From an uncultured Poribacteria bacterium (GTDB lineage Bacteria; Poribacteria; WGA-4E; PCPOR2b), in contig OY282444.1 of assembly GCA_958296125.1 (NCBI GenBank), positions 1,289,176 through 1,353,175 on the forward strand: DNA of 64,000 nucleotides, in the 5' to 3' direction. The notes below the pieces were generated by a model. The model was not told the origin of the DNA. It searched no databases and saw nothing but the letters and a program-made list of their open reading frames with translations. This document shows, piece after piece, positions 19,719 through 29,313 of the stretch. Every line of letters begins with the position of its first letter. Position 1 is the first letter of the stretch. A program made the position numbers and the translations under genes.

Positions 19719-20540
19719 ATGCCAGTTTTAAGTGCAGCAGATATAGACTTTTGGGAAGAGAACGGTTACGTTGTCCTTCACGATGCGGTGCCACCGGAAA
19801 ACTGTAAAGCAGCCGAGCAGGCTGTCTGGGACTTCCTTGAAATGGATACAGATGACCCAGCGACTTGGTATCCAGACCCGCCGCGCCGCGGCATTATGGT
19901 CGAGATTTATCAGCATCAAGCGTTGTGGGACAATCGGCAATATCCCCGAATCCATCAAGCTTTTTCCGAGATTTGGGACACGGAGCAGCTGTGGGTCAGC
20001 TTCGATCGCGCCAGCTTGAACCCGCCAGAACGACCGGATTATAAATTTCCGGGGCCCCACCTGCACTGGGATATGTCTTTGGATATGCCGTTTGGCCTCA
20101 GGGTGCAGGGGGTGTTATACCTGACCGATACACCTGCCAATCAGGGGGCATTCACCTGTATACCGGGCTTCCACCGGAAATTGGAGGATTGGCTCAACGC
20201 TCTTCCGGAAGGGACAGATCCACGGCAGGTTATCAAGGAAAGAGATGCCGAGGCCGTGCCGGTTGCGGGGAAAGCTGGGGATCTGGTGATCTGGCACAGT
20301 GCTCTGCCACACGGGAGCAGTCCGAATAGCAGCGATCGCCCTCGAATTGTGCAATATATCACCATGTCGCCGGCACCGAAGGATAATGAGGAAGCGCGTC
20401 AGAACCGGATCAACGGATGGCGGGAACGGTTGACAGGGTTAGGCAAGGAAGAGAAGGAGAAGGAGCACCTCCAAGGTAAGACAGCGGAGTTGACCCCGTT
20501 AGGACGCAAACTTTTGGGGCTGGCCGCTTGGGAAGAGTGA
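19719..20540 (+). CDS. Phytanoyl-CoA dioxygenase (PhyH) family protein
   Basis: LHWD, VQGVLYLTD, LPHGSSPN..R; RBS aaggag. Confidence 0.9.
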   Translation: MPVLSAADIDFWEENGYVVLHDAVPPENCKAAEQAVWDFLEMDTDDPATWYPDPPRRGIMVEIYQHQALWDNRQYPRIHQAFSEIWDTEQLWVSFDRASLNPPERPDYKFPGPHLHWDMSLDMPFGLRVQGVLYLTDTPANQGAFTCIPGFHRKLEDWLNALPEGTDPRQVIKERDAEAVPVAGKAGDLVIWHSALPHGSSPNSSDRPRIVQYITMSPAPKDNEEARQNRINGWRERLTGLGKEEKEKEHLQGKTAELTPLGRKLLGLAAWEE

Positions 20541-20704
20541 AAGTGAGCAAGCGAGAAAGGGGTTGTGTTCATTGAACTGATGAAACTTAGAAATATCGAT
20601 CCTCCCCGATAAGATTGGGTCCGTCCCGCCCCTGGTCACGCCTGCACACGGAACGGGGAGACCAGGGATTCAGAGCAACTGGAGTGAGAGGCAAAGCACT
20701 TGAC

Positions 20705-20727
20705 GGGCGGGGAGACCGCGCCCCTAC
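20705..20727 (-). repeat. GTAG-type REP element
   Basis: Reverse complement reads GTAGGGGCGCGGTCTCCCCGCCC (GTAG foot plus imperfect palindrome). Confidence 0.6.
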
Positions 20728-20784
20728 AGGAAAAACGATGGATTTTCAATATCTAGAACCTAGGTTAATTTATGGAGGTTTATT

Positions 20785-21825
20785 ATGTATAAATGTGCAT
20801 TTTTAGGTTGTGGTGGACGGGCGCGTGCCCATGCACACGCATATCAATATATCAAGCGCGGTGAAATTGTCGCGCTGTGCGATATGAATGAGGAACTGCT
20901 CAATAGTTTCGGCGATGATTTTGGGATTGAAAAACGCTACACGGACATCCATGAAATGTTGGACAAGGAACGTCCTGACCTGCTGCATATCGTAACTGCG
21001 CCGGTGCTGCGGGGAACGAACCAATTGATCCGCTACCCGCTGATGAATATCGCATCGGAACATGAGGTGCCTGCCGCGATTGTTGAAAAACCGATTGCAG
21101 TGATGGGAGAAGATTGGCATCAGCTGAGCGACTTATGTCAGAATACCAAGACCAAATTCGCTGTGAACACGCAGCTCAATTTCCATCCACCGAATCTGAA
21201 GTTAAAGGCTGAGGTCGCCGCTGGGTCAATTGGGGACATTAACTTTATTGATGCTAGTGCGCGTTCAACGCCGATTGATCAGGGCCCGCATGTACTGCAA
21301 CTGGTCTCCTCGTATATCGACAATTCGCGTCCGGTCAAGGTTTTCGGTCAGGTTTCAGGAGGTGAGCATCTGGAGACCGCCCAACCGTCGCCCGATCATG
21401 CTACCGCGTCAATTACGTATGCCAACGGGGTTCGGGCGTTGGTCACGTTTGGCACAAAAGGCTCGCCCGAAATTAGCGATCATGAATCGGTGTTCCTGCA
21501 CAAACGGGTCCGCGTTTTTGGGAAGCGCGGGTTTGTCCATTGGTGGATGTTCGGATGGGAGTGCAACACATCGACAGATCGCTATAGTCGTGGAGCACAC
21601 GATTACGGTGAGCAGGATGTCTTGGGACAGGCGGGCCTCACCGAGGCGATGTTTGATTGGCTTGACGATGACGAAAAGGTACATCCCACCCACTTGGCGC
21701 AGTCGCTTGCGGAGTTCAATGCGATTTTGGGTATCTATCACAGTGCGTTGACGCATGCGCCGGTTGAGCTTCCCTTTGATCCTCCGGATGGGTTGATTGA
21801 GTCTCTCAAGACGCTGCTGCTGTGA
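20785..21825 (+). CDS. Gfo/Idh/MocA family oxidoreductase
   Basis: AFLGCGGRA N-terminal Rossmann motif, VEKP motif. Confidence 0.88.
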   Translation: MYKCAFLGCGGRARAHAHAYQYIKRGEIVALCDMNEELLNSFGDDFGIEKRYTDIHEMLDKERPDLLHIVTAPVLRGTNQLIRYPLMNIASEHEVPAAIVEKPIAVMGEDWHQLSDLCQNTKTKFAVNTQLNFHPPNLKLKAEVAAGSIGDINFIDASARSTPIDQGPHVLQLVSSYIDNSRPVKVFGQVSGGEHLETAQPSPDHATASITYANGVRALVTFGTKGSPEISDHESVFLHKRVRVFGKRGFVHWWMFGWECNTSTDRYSRGAHDYGEQDVLGQAGLTEAMFDWLDDDEKVHPTHLAQSLAEFNAILGIYHSALTHAPVELPFDPPDGLIESLKTLLL

Positions 21826-21971
21826 GATGAAGGAATAGGGACGGATTCCAGAGCGTTTCAAACAGTTTTCACCCCGATAGCTCTGTCTTGTTTGAGCTAT
21901 CGGGGATATCAACATCACTGGAAAGTCATATCAGTTAATATGTCCAAGGAAGGTGGATTGAGTCATAATCA

Positions 21972-24900
21972 ATGAATGAGATGAATTCTATACAAACCGA
22001 ATTAGACGCAGCACGGGCAGAGCTGCTTGATCAGAGTTTACGCAACCCCCTCATTAACTACAGACTGCTCAAGGCGCGAGGGCTTGAGGTGGTTGATGAA
22101 TCTCCTCCAGATGTTTACCGTATTCTTGTTCAAGAGGGTAAGGCTATGTCTTTCCTACGAAAGCCTGAACCTGAAGAAGATGATAACTTACAACTGTTTG
22201 AAGATGATGAGGTGGAGAAAGATTCGGATCGACATACCGATAACAAACTTCAAACAGACTATTCACAAACGGAGCTTCAAAAGCGTTTACTGAACACTCT
22301 TAATACAGCGCGGACAGCTATCGAAGAGCAAGGGGTGACTATACTCTATCTCGCACTCGGCATGCTTCAATGGTATGAATCCGAATCGAGTGATATACTG
22401 CATCGTGCCCCACTTATCCTGATTCCGGTGGGGATTGATCGTGCCAGTGTCCATGCGCGTTTTAATATCCGCTACACAGAAGAGGATATCGGGACAAATC
22501 TTTCCCTTCAGGAGAAATTAAAATCTGAATTTGGCATCCAACTCCCAGACCTTCCTGATGCGGATGATCTTGAGCAGTCCAACATTCAGAGCTACTATCA
22601 AACAGTAGATGCGGCAATTGATGGACGTAAGCGGTGGTCGGTTGATGAGACTGCAATTACGCTTGGTTTCTTTTCGTTTGCTAAGTTCTTGATGTATCAT
22701 GACTTAGATAGCGTAAACTGGCCCGACGATTCCCTATCTCAACATCCCGTATTGCACTCGCTGCTGACAACTGGATTTCAAGAACCGGAATCAGCCATTC
22801 CTGATGACGCTCAAATTGACAATGACGAACACTTCAATCCTGCGGAGACCCATCATGTCGTTGATGCAGATAGTTCACAGGCGTTGGCTATCCACGATGT
22901 GAGTCAAGGGCGAAACCTTGTTATTCAAGGACCACCGGGCACCGGAAAATCCCAAACCATTACCAATCTGATTGCGGAAGCCATTGCAAAGGGAAAGCGG
23001 GTGCTGTTTGTGGCAGAAAAGATGGCGGCTTTGGAAGTGGTCAAGCGTAATTTAGACAAGGTAGGGCTCGGAGATGCGTGTTTGGAACTGCATAGCCATA
23101 AGATGAACAAAAAGGCGGTAGTTGATGAACTAAAGCGAATCCTAGAACTCGGCGAGCCACGGACAACAGCCTTTGAAGAGGAAGTAAGATTACTGTGCAA
23201 TAACCGTGATCGCTTAAACAGTTACTGTCAGGCAGTCAACACGCCCATTGGCGAAAGTGGGATAACACCTTATCAGGCGTATGGAGAACTTTTAGCGGTG
23301 AAACGTCGCCTTTCAGGAGTGGAACTTCCGACTTTGGATTTACACCAATTTCAACATTCGGTGTCTGAATTTGGAGAAGGGTTAGAGCGCACAGAAGAAT
23401 TACAACGCCACCTCAAGCAGATGGGGATACCTGTAAACCACCCGTTTTGGGGCAGTCTTTGCAGACTTTTCCTTCCAACAGACAGGGATCTACTGGAACG
23501 GGTGGTGGGAGAGGCGACAGCGAAAGTTATAGCACTCAAGGATTCATCCGAACAACTCGCACAACACCTCAAACTTACGGTGCCGGACACTTGCGTAGCG
23601 GTCGAAAACCTGCTAAATGTGGCACATCGTGCGTTAGATGCGCCACACTTAGCAGGTGTCAATGTGCAGTCAACCGAATGGCGGACGCACCGTAGCGATT
23701 TGGAGGTAGGATTAAGCGCGGGGGAACGGTTGAGCGAACTTCATGCTAAATATGATAGTATCCTTATCCCTGAAGCGTGGGAACAAAATGTTCTGGAGAT
23801 TCGGCAGATGTTGGCAGCCTATGGAGGCAAATGGTGGCGATCTTTTTCGGGCAAATATCGACGCGCCCACGATAAACTAACAGGCTTATGTACGCAACCA
23901 CTACCCAAAACCCAAGAAGCGCGACTCCGTATCGTTGACGCGATTCTCGAAGCACGACGTGAACTACCCCATCTCGAAGATATACAGGAGCTCGGACAGC
24001 GGTTATTTGGCACACATTGGCAAGAAGAGTCCTTGAATTGGTCTCAACTTCAAGAAATTGTCAGGTATCTTTCAGCACTGCATGAATCGATAGTGAACCG
24101 TGAATTGCCAGGGGCATTGGTTGCATATCTCGCAGCAAACCCCGATTTGGAAACACTTCGGACATTGGTTTCAACGGTTGAGGGGCACAAAAACAGCCAT
24201 TCAGATCTCCTTCAAACTGTCCTCGAAAAGATTCAACTTGACGAAACAGTGCGTTTTGGATGCAATAATGGCCTGAAAGCGTGTCCACTCACAGAACAGG
24301 TACACACTCTTGAGTGTTGGGAACAGGAAGCGGAGAAACTCCAGGATATTGTCACCTATAACCACTTGGTGGAGGCGTTAAGGAACAGCGGCTTCGCTGA
24401 AATTGTGAAAATCGCGAATGTCTGGCCTGAGGCGAGCCAGTTTCTATCGGACGTACTCAGACGAGCTTGGTACAGTGCACGAGTTGAGAAAGCGATGCTG
24501 GAGCACCCCATCCTTGCGGGCTTTACTGGCGATTCCCATCAACATACTGTTGAACGGTTTACAGAATTAGACAGCTACTCACTTGAATCCAATAAGGCTA
24601 AAGTTGCATACGAACATTGGAAGCGTTTGCCTCAACACAAAGCGTCTAGTGGACAGTTAGGGCTGCTCAGGCGTGAATTTGAAAAAAAGCGACGGCATCT
24701 ACCAATTCGTCAGCTTATGGATAAGGCGGGAAATGCTATACAAGCGATTAAGCCGATATTCATGATGAGTCCACTCTCAGTAGCAGCGTTCCTAAAGCCA
24801 AACAGTGTTGATTTCGATTGGGTGGTGTTTGACGAAGCAAGTCAAGTCAAACCTGTTGACGCTTTCGGGGCAATAATTCGGGGTAGACAAACCGTTGTTG

Positions 24901-26699
24901 TTGGGGATAACCGTCAACTTCCACCGACCCGTTTCTTTGATAAGAACATAGCGGATGATCAAAATGGAGATGAGGGAGAAAACCTAGTAGGCGATATGGA
25001 GAGCATTTTGGGGTTGTTTAGTGCCCAGTACGCACCAGAGCGTATGTTACGCTGGCACTATCGCAGTCGACACGAATCGTTAATTACTGTATCCAACATT
25101 GAATTCTACGACAATAAGCTTCAACTCTTCCCAAGTCCTGACGCTGCGAAGGAGGAGGTAGGCTTAATTTATCATTACCTAAAAGATACTGCTTATGAAC
25201 GCGGGGGAAGTAAAGGAAACAGGAAGGAAGCTCAAATCGTGGCAGAGAAAGTGATGGAGCACGCCCGTTCATCTCCCGATCTGACGCTCGGTGTAGCAAC
25301 GTTTAGTACACCGCAGATGATAGCAGTTCAGGATCAACTTGAAATCCTGCGGCGGGCAGAGGATGATCCGTCGTGCGAAGAGACGTTTTTCAACGCGCAT
25401 CCTGAAGAACCGTTTTTCGTCAAAAATCTAGAGAACGTCCAAGGCGATGAACGCGATGTTATTTTTATTAGCATCGGCTACGGACGGGATGCCAATGGAC
25501 GCCTCACAATGAACTTTGGCCCTCTCAATCAAGATGGTGGGGAGCGACGGTTGAACGTATTGATTACGCGGGCGCGGCGGCGTTGTGAAGTGTTCACCAA
25601 CCTGACTGCTGATGATATTGATCTGAGTCTTACCCTTGCACCCGGTGTCGTAGCACTTAAACGTTACCTGAAATATGCAGCGACAAGCGAACTTGACATC
25701 CCAGAACCAAGCAACAGGGAGGCAGATTCACCGTTCGAGGAAGAGGTTGCAAACGCCTTGCGTGAACTTGGTCACCAAGTTGACCATCAAATTGGTTCCG
25801 CCGGATATTTCATTGATCTTGGGGTCAAAGATCCAGAGCGTCCGGGACGCTATCTGTTGGGCATTGAGTGTGATGGTGCGACCTACCATAGTGCACAATC
25901 AGCGCGTGACCGTGACCGCCTTCGACAGCAAGTGCTTGAAGATCTGGGTTGGCGTATCCATCGCATCTGGAGTACCGATTGGTTTAAAAGGCAGGACCAC
26001 GAAATCAGAAAGGCAGCAGAAGCGATCGAGGCAGCTAAAGCATATGTTCCTTCGCTACCTGAGTTGTCTCCCGGAAACAACTTCTCCGATTCCAATGGGA
26101 GTGAGGAAGAACCAGAGCCCAATCCTGATATAACTGTTCCTCCAGCACCAGAACCGACCGAAAAGTACAAACTCGCCAAACTGTTTATTTCTACCGGTGG
26201 AGTACATTTACATGAAGTTACGTTGTCCAAGATGGAAAATTGGATTCAGGATGTTCTTAAAATTGAAAGCCCAGTGCATCTTGACGAAGTAACGAAGCGT
26301 ATCACAAATGCTGTGAAGGTAAAGCGAAGAGGCAATCGCATCCGAGAAAAGGTCAAGAGTGCCGCTAGGCAAGCAACGCGTTCTGGTAGCGTTCAGATTA
26401 GAGGAGAATTTCTCTATTGGACAAAGCAAGGGAAGGTCACAGTGCGGGACCGAAGTGAACTCCCGAACCCTTCACGAAAGCTTGAACTTATCGCGCCTGA
26501 AGAGATAAAAGCCGCTATCAAGCAGGCCATATCGGACGCATTTGGGATCGAGCGAGACGATTTAGCCCGTGAGGTTTGCAAACTTTTCGGCTTCAAGTCG
26601 TCAAGCGGGGATATGCGACAAGGAGTTGAGAAGGTCGTAGAGGAACTGATCGAGGAGGAGCAGTTGATTCGGAAGGGGGATTCATTGATTATTCCTTAA
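21972..26699 (+). CDS. DUF4011 - SF1 helicase - Vsr/MTES_1575-like nuclease - DUF3320 protein (Hhe-type anti-phage protein)
   Basis: LLDQSLRNPLINY N-terminus; GPPGTGKSQT Walker A; FDEASQ; VVVGDNRQLPP; HYRS; NVQGDERD; RRLNVLITRAR; GIECDGATYH...RDRLRQ..LEDLGWRIHRIWSTDW. Confidence 0.9.
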   Translation: MNEMNSIQTELDAARAELLDQSLRNPLINYRLLKARGLEVVDESPPDVYRILVQEGKAMSFLRKPEPEEDDNLQLFEDDEVEKDSDRHTDNKLQTDYSQTELQKRLLNTLNTARTAIEEQGVTILYLALGMLQWYESESSDILHRAPLILIPVGIDRASVHARFNIRYTEEDIGTNLSLQEKLKSEFGIQLPDLPDADDLEQSNIQSYYQTVDAAIDGRKRWSVDETAITLGFFSFAKFLMYHDLDSVNWPDDSLSQHPVLHSLLTTGFQEPESAIPDDAQIDNDEHFNPAETHHVVDADSSQALAIHDVSQGRNLVIQGPPGTGKSQTITNLIAEAIAKGKRVLFVAEKMAALEVVKRNLDKVGLGDACLELHSHKMNKKAVVDELKRILELGEPRTTAFEEEVRLLCNNRDRLNSYCQAVNTPIGESGITPYQAYGELLAVKRRLSGVELPTLDLHQFQHSVSEFGEGLERTEELQRHLKQMGIPVNHPFWGSLCRLFLPTDRDLLERVVGEATAKVIALKDSSEQLAQHLKLTVPDTCVAVENLLNVAHRALDAPHLAGVNVQSTEWRTHRSDLEVGLSAGERLSELHAKYDSILIPEAWEQNVLEIRQMLAAYGGKWWRSFSGKYRRAHDKLTGLCTQPLPKTQEARLRIVDAILEARRELPHLEDIQELGQRLFGTHWQEESLNWSQLQEIVRYLSALHESIVNRELPGALVAYLAANPDLETLRTLVSTVEGHKNSHSDLLQTVLEKIQLDETVRFGCNNGLKACPLTEQVHTLECWEQEAEKLQDIVTYNHLVEALRNSGFAEIVKIANVWPEASQFLSDVLRRAWYSARVEKAMLEHPILAGFTGDSHQHTVERFTELDSYSLESNKAKVAYEHWKRLPQHKASSGQLGLLRREFEKKRRHLPIRQLMDKAGNAIQAIKPIFMMSPLSVAAFLKPNSVDFDWVVFDEASQVKPVDAFGAIIRGRQTVVVGDNRQLPPTRFFDKNIADDQNGDEGENLVGDMESILGLFSAQYAPERMLRWHYRSRHESLITVSNIEFYDNKLQLFPSPDAAKEEVGLIYHYLKDTAYERGGSKGNRKEAQIVAEKVMEHARSSPDLTLGVATFSTPQMIAVQDQLEILRRAEDDPSCEETFFNAHPEEPFFVKNLENVQGDERDVIFISIGYGRDANGRLTMNFGPLNQDGGERRLNVLITRARRRCEVFTNLTADDIDLSLTLAPGVVALKRYLKYAATSELDIPEPSNREADSPFEEEVANALRELGHQVDHQIGSAGYFIDLGVKDPERPGRYLLGIECDGATYHSAQSARDRDRLRQQVLEDLGWRIHRIWSTDWFKRQDHEIRKAAEAIEAAKAYVPSLPELSPGNNFSDSNGSEEEPEPNPDITVPPAPEPTEKYKLAKLFISTGGVHLHEVTLSKMENWIQDVLKIESPVHLDEVTKRITNAVKVKRRGNRIREKVKSAARQATRSGSVQIRGEFLYWTKQGKVTVRDRSELPNPSRKLELIAPEEIKAAIKQAISDAFGIERDDLAREVCKLFGFKSSSGDMRQGVEKVVEELIEEEQLIRKGDSLIIP

Positions 26700-26731
26700 C
26701 GCAAGTTGCCACCTTGACAAGCATTAGGGTT

Positions 26732-26776
26732 AGGGATTCCAAATCTTTCGAGGGAGCGTGCAGGTTCAAGGCCTGC
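26732..26776 (+). other. Degenerate tRNA-like fragment (anticodon arm, variable region, T-arm)
   Basis: AGGGA-TTCCAAA-TCTTT arm, 11-nt variable region, perfect GCAGG-TTCAAGG-CCTGC T-arm; no D-arm or acceptor stem. Confidence 0.35.
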
Positions 26777-27017
26777 CTATGTATCACGGTAAATATAGCT
26801 GATAAGGGGTTCACAAAGATAGAAGAATTAAAAAAGAATGGAGGATACAGATGATAGCCGCTCATGATATTGCTACAAGGGTAGTATCAGAAGACGAGGG
26901 TGAAATATCTTTTGCAATTAAAGCTTTGATTCAGAATTAGAGAATAACACTATACACCTTTCGCCCCGCTGAGACTTAAGGTGGCGATTCAGATTCTCTT
27001 AATTACGGAGGTATTAG

Positions 27018-28058
27018 ATGGCACAAAAGACATGTTTGATGATTGGCGGGAGCGGCATGGCAGGCGGCTGGATCCGAAACTTTGTCGATAACTTCAGCGA
27101 TCGGATAAAAATTATTGGATTAGCGGATGTGCTGCCGGATGTGCTGGCACAGCAGGGAGAAGCCCTCGGCCTCAACGAAAACCAGCTGTTCACGGACTTT
27201 AACGAAGCGTGTGCGACGGTTAAAGCGGACTTCTGCGGCGTTGCGACTCCCCCACCATTCCATAGCCCCGCGGCGATCGCTGCGATGGAGAACGGGCTGC
27301 CGGTGATTTGCGAAAAGCCGATCGCGGACACGCTCGAAGCGGCGAAGGCGATGGTAGCTACCGCCCAGAAAACCGGGCTGCCGTGTGCGATTATCCAGAA
27401 TTACCGTTATGCGAGGAACAAGCAGGAGTTGGTTCGGATTCGGGGAGAGGGACGGTTAGGGCGGCTTCAGCATATTGTAGGACGGTACGCCTGCGATTAT
27501 CGCCGTTATCAATCGTGGGGAAAGGCGTGGCGGCACGATATGGATTTCAGTCTGCTCTTTGAGGGTTCCGTTCACCATCTCGACATGCTGCGCTTCCTCT
27601 CCGGCGGCGACTGCGAGACACTAATCGGGTTCGGTTGGAATCCAGAGTGGTCCAGTTTTAAGCACTTTTCCAGTGGGCTATATCTGATGCAGATGGACAA
27701 TGGAGTTCATACCTGTTACGAGGGGAATAGCTCCGCTGCGGGCATCGTCAACTGTTGGCATAATGAACATTATCGAGCAGAATTTGAGGAGGGATGTGTC
27801 GAAATTGCCGGTGAAGATCAGGTTACGATTCATCGGGTCGGTCAGGAGCCTGAAATATACGAGGCACCGGAAATATCCCGCTTCGGTCATGAGCATCTGT
27901 TCGATGAGTTTATCAACTGGCTTGATGGCGGTGCACCCTCTGCAACGCGAATTGAGGACAACATCAAGAGTTTCGCGTTAGTGATTGCGGCGATGGAAAC
28001 CTCCGTTGATGGACAACCGAAACGGATTGCAGACTACTTGAGCGGGCTGGATCTTTAA
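27018..28058 (+). CDS. Gfo/Idh/MocA family oxidoreductase
   Basis: MIGGSGMA, ICEKPIA, SVHHLD motifs. Confidence 0.9.
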   Translation: MAQKTCLMIGGSGMAGGWIRNFVDNFSDRIKIIGLADVLPDVLAQQGEALGLNENQLFTDFNEACATVKADFCGVATPPPFHSPAAIAAMENGLPVICEKPIADTLEAAKAMVATAQKTGLPCAIIQNYRYARNKQELVRIRGEGRLGRLQHIVGRYACDYRRYQSWGKAWRHDMDFSLLFEGSVHHLDMLRFLSGGDCETLIGFGWNPEWSSFKHFSSGLYLMQMDNGVHTCYEGNSSAAGIVNCWHNEHYRAEFEEGCVEIAGEDQVTIHRVGQEPEIYEAPEISRFGHEHLFDEFINWLDGGAPSATRIEDNIKSFALVIAAMETSVDGQPKRIADYLSGLDL

Positions 28059-28110
28059 TCCGTCCACTCAGAATTTAGAGCGAACGCGTAACAATACAAG
28101 GAGAACGAAA

Positions 28111-29313
28111 ATGGCAAATTTAGCGATTAACGGCGGCACACCCGTTCGGACCGAACCGTATCCGTCGTGGCCCACCTTTGACGATAGCGACCTCAAAGCC
28201 TTTGAGGCAATCTATCGGAGCGGGGTATGGGGCACCGGCGGGTCAAGGGTTCCTGAGTTTGAAGAGCGTTTCGCTCAATTCCAAGGTGCAAAGTATGGTG
28301 TCTGTGTGAATAGTGGCACGGCAGCGTTATACGTCGCGCTCAAGGCTGCGGGGGTCGGGCTTGACGACGAAGTGATTACAACGTCATACACTTTCCAGGC
28401 GACGGTCGTGTCAATTTTGATGGCGAACGGAACGCCGGTTTTTGTGGATACACTTCCCGACGGTTTTAACATTGATCCATCAAAAATCGAGGCGGCGATA
28501 ACACCGAAGACCAAAGCTGTCCTGCCAGTTCATATTGCGGGTTATCCTGCCGATATGGATGGGATTTTGGAAGTTGCCGAGCGGAACAACCTCGTTGTGG
28601 TTGAGGACTGTGCTCAAGCACACGGCGCGGAGTGGCGGGCCAGAGGGGTCGGCGGTTGGGGGCATCTTGGTTGTTTTAGCTTTCAATCCTCCAAGAACCT
28701 CTGCGCGGGCGAAGGGGGTATTATCCTGACCAACGATCGGAAACTGTATGAACGAGCGTGGGCGATTCATAACTGTGGACGTTCTCTATCAGAGTCCGAG
28801 TTTGAGACGGAGCCGTTCGGCGGGAATTTCCGGATGACGGAATGGCAGGGCGGATTGCTACTCTCACGCCTTGAACGGTTGGATGGCGAGGTCAACCTAC
28901 GCAATACAAATATGCGCTTTTTAGATGCTGGCCTAGGAGAAATTCCCGGCATCAAGGTGGTGCCGCTCGATGCACGCGCAACCCGCGGCGGTTGTCACGG
29001 TTATAAGGCAATTTTCGACTCAGAGGAGTTTGAGGGTATCTCCCGCGAAACGTTCCTCAAGGCGATGGGTGCGGAGGGCATTCCAATGCGGCATTGGTAC
29101 ACGACACCGATGTACCGAGAGCCGTTTATGGAATCAGGTCTCTTGAGCGCGAAGCCTGACTATTCAAGCGTCTCCTGTCCAGAGACGGAAAAGCTATGTA
29201 AAAGCGGTTTAGCACTCGGTCAGAGCCTTCTGATGGGCACCGAGGCAGATATGGCAGATATCGTCACGGCGGCGACAAAGGTTCGTCGCTATGTGGGCGA
29301 ATTGAAGTCGTGA
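28111..29313 (+). CDS. DegT/DnrJ/EryC1/StrS family PLP aminotransferase
   Basis: NSGTAAL, VVEDCAQAHG, FSFQSSKNL (PLP lysine), GEGG. Confidence 0.93.
   Translation: MANLAINGGTPVRTEPYPSWPTFDDSDLKAFEAIYRSGVWGTGGSRVPEFEERFAQFQGAKYGVCVNSGTAALYVALKAAGVGLDDEVITTSYTFQATVVSILMANGTPVFVDTLPDGFNIDPSKIEAAITPKTKAVLPVHIAGYPADMDGILEVAERNNLVVVEDCAQAHGAEWRARGVGGWGHLGCFSFQSSKNLCAGEGGIILTNDRKLYERAWAIHNCGRSLSESEFETEPFGGNFRMTEWQGGLLLSRLERLDGEVNLRNTNMRFLDAGLGEIPGIKVVPLDARATRGGCHGYKAIFDSEEFEGISRETFLKAMGAEGIPMRHWYTTPMYREPFMESGLLSAKPDYSSVSCPETEKLCKSGLALGQSLLMGTEADMADIVTAATKVRRYVGELKS

Noticed and set aside
20577-20594. CTGATGA...GAAA as a second hammerhead
   Set aside because: No G-C closing pair for stem II and no stems I or III.
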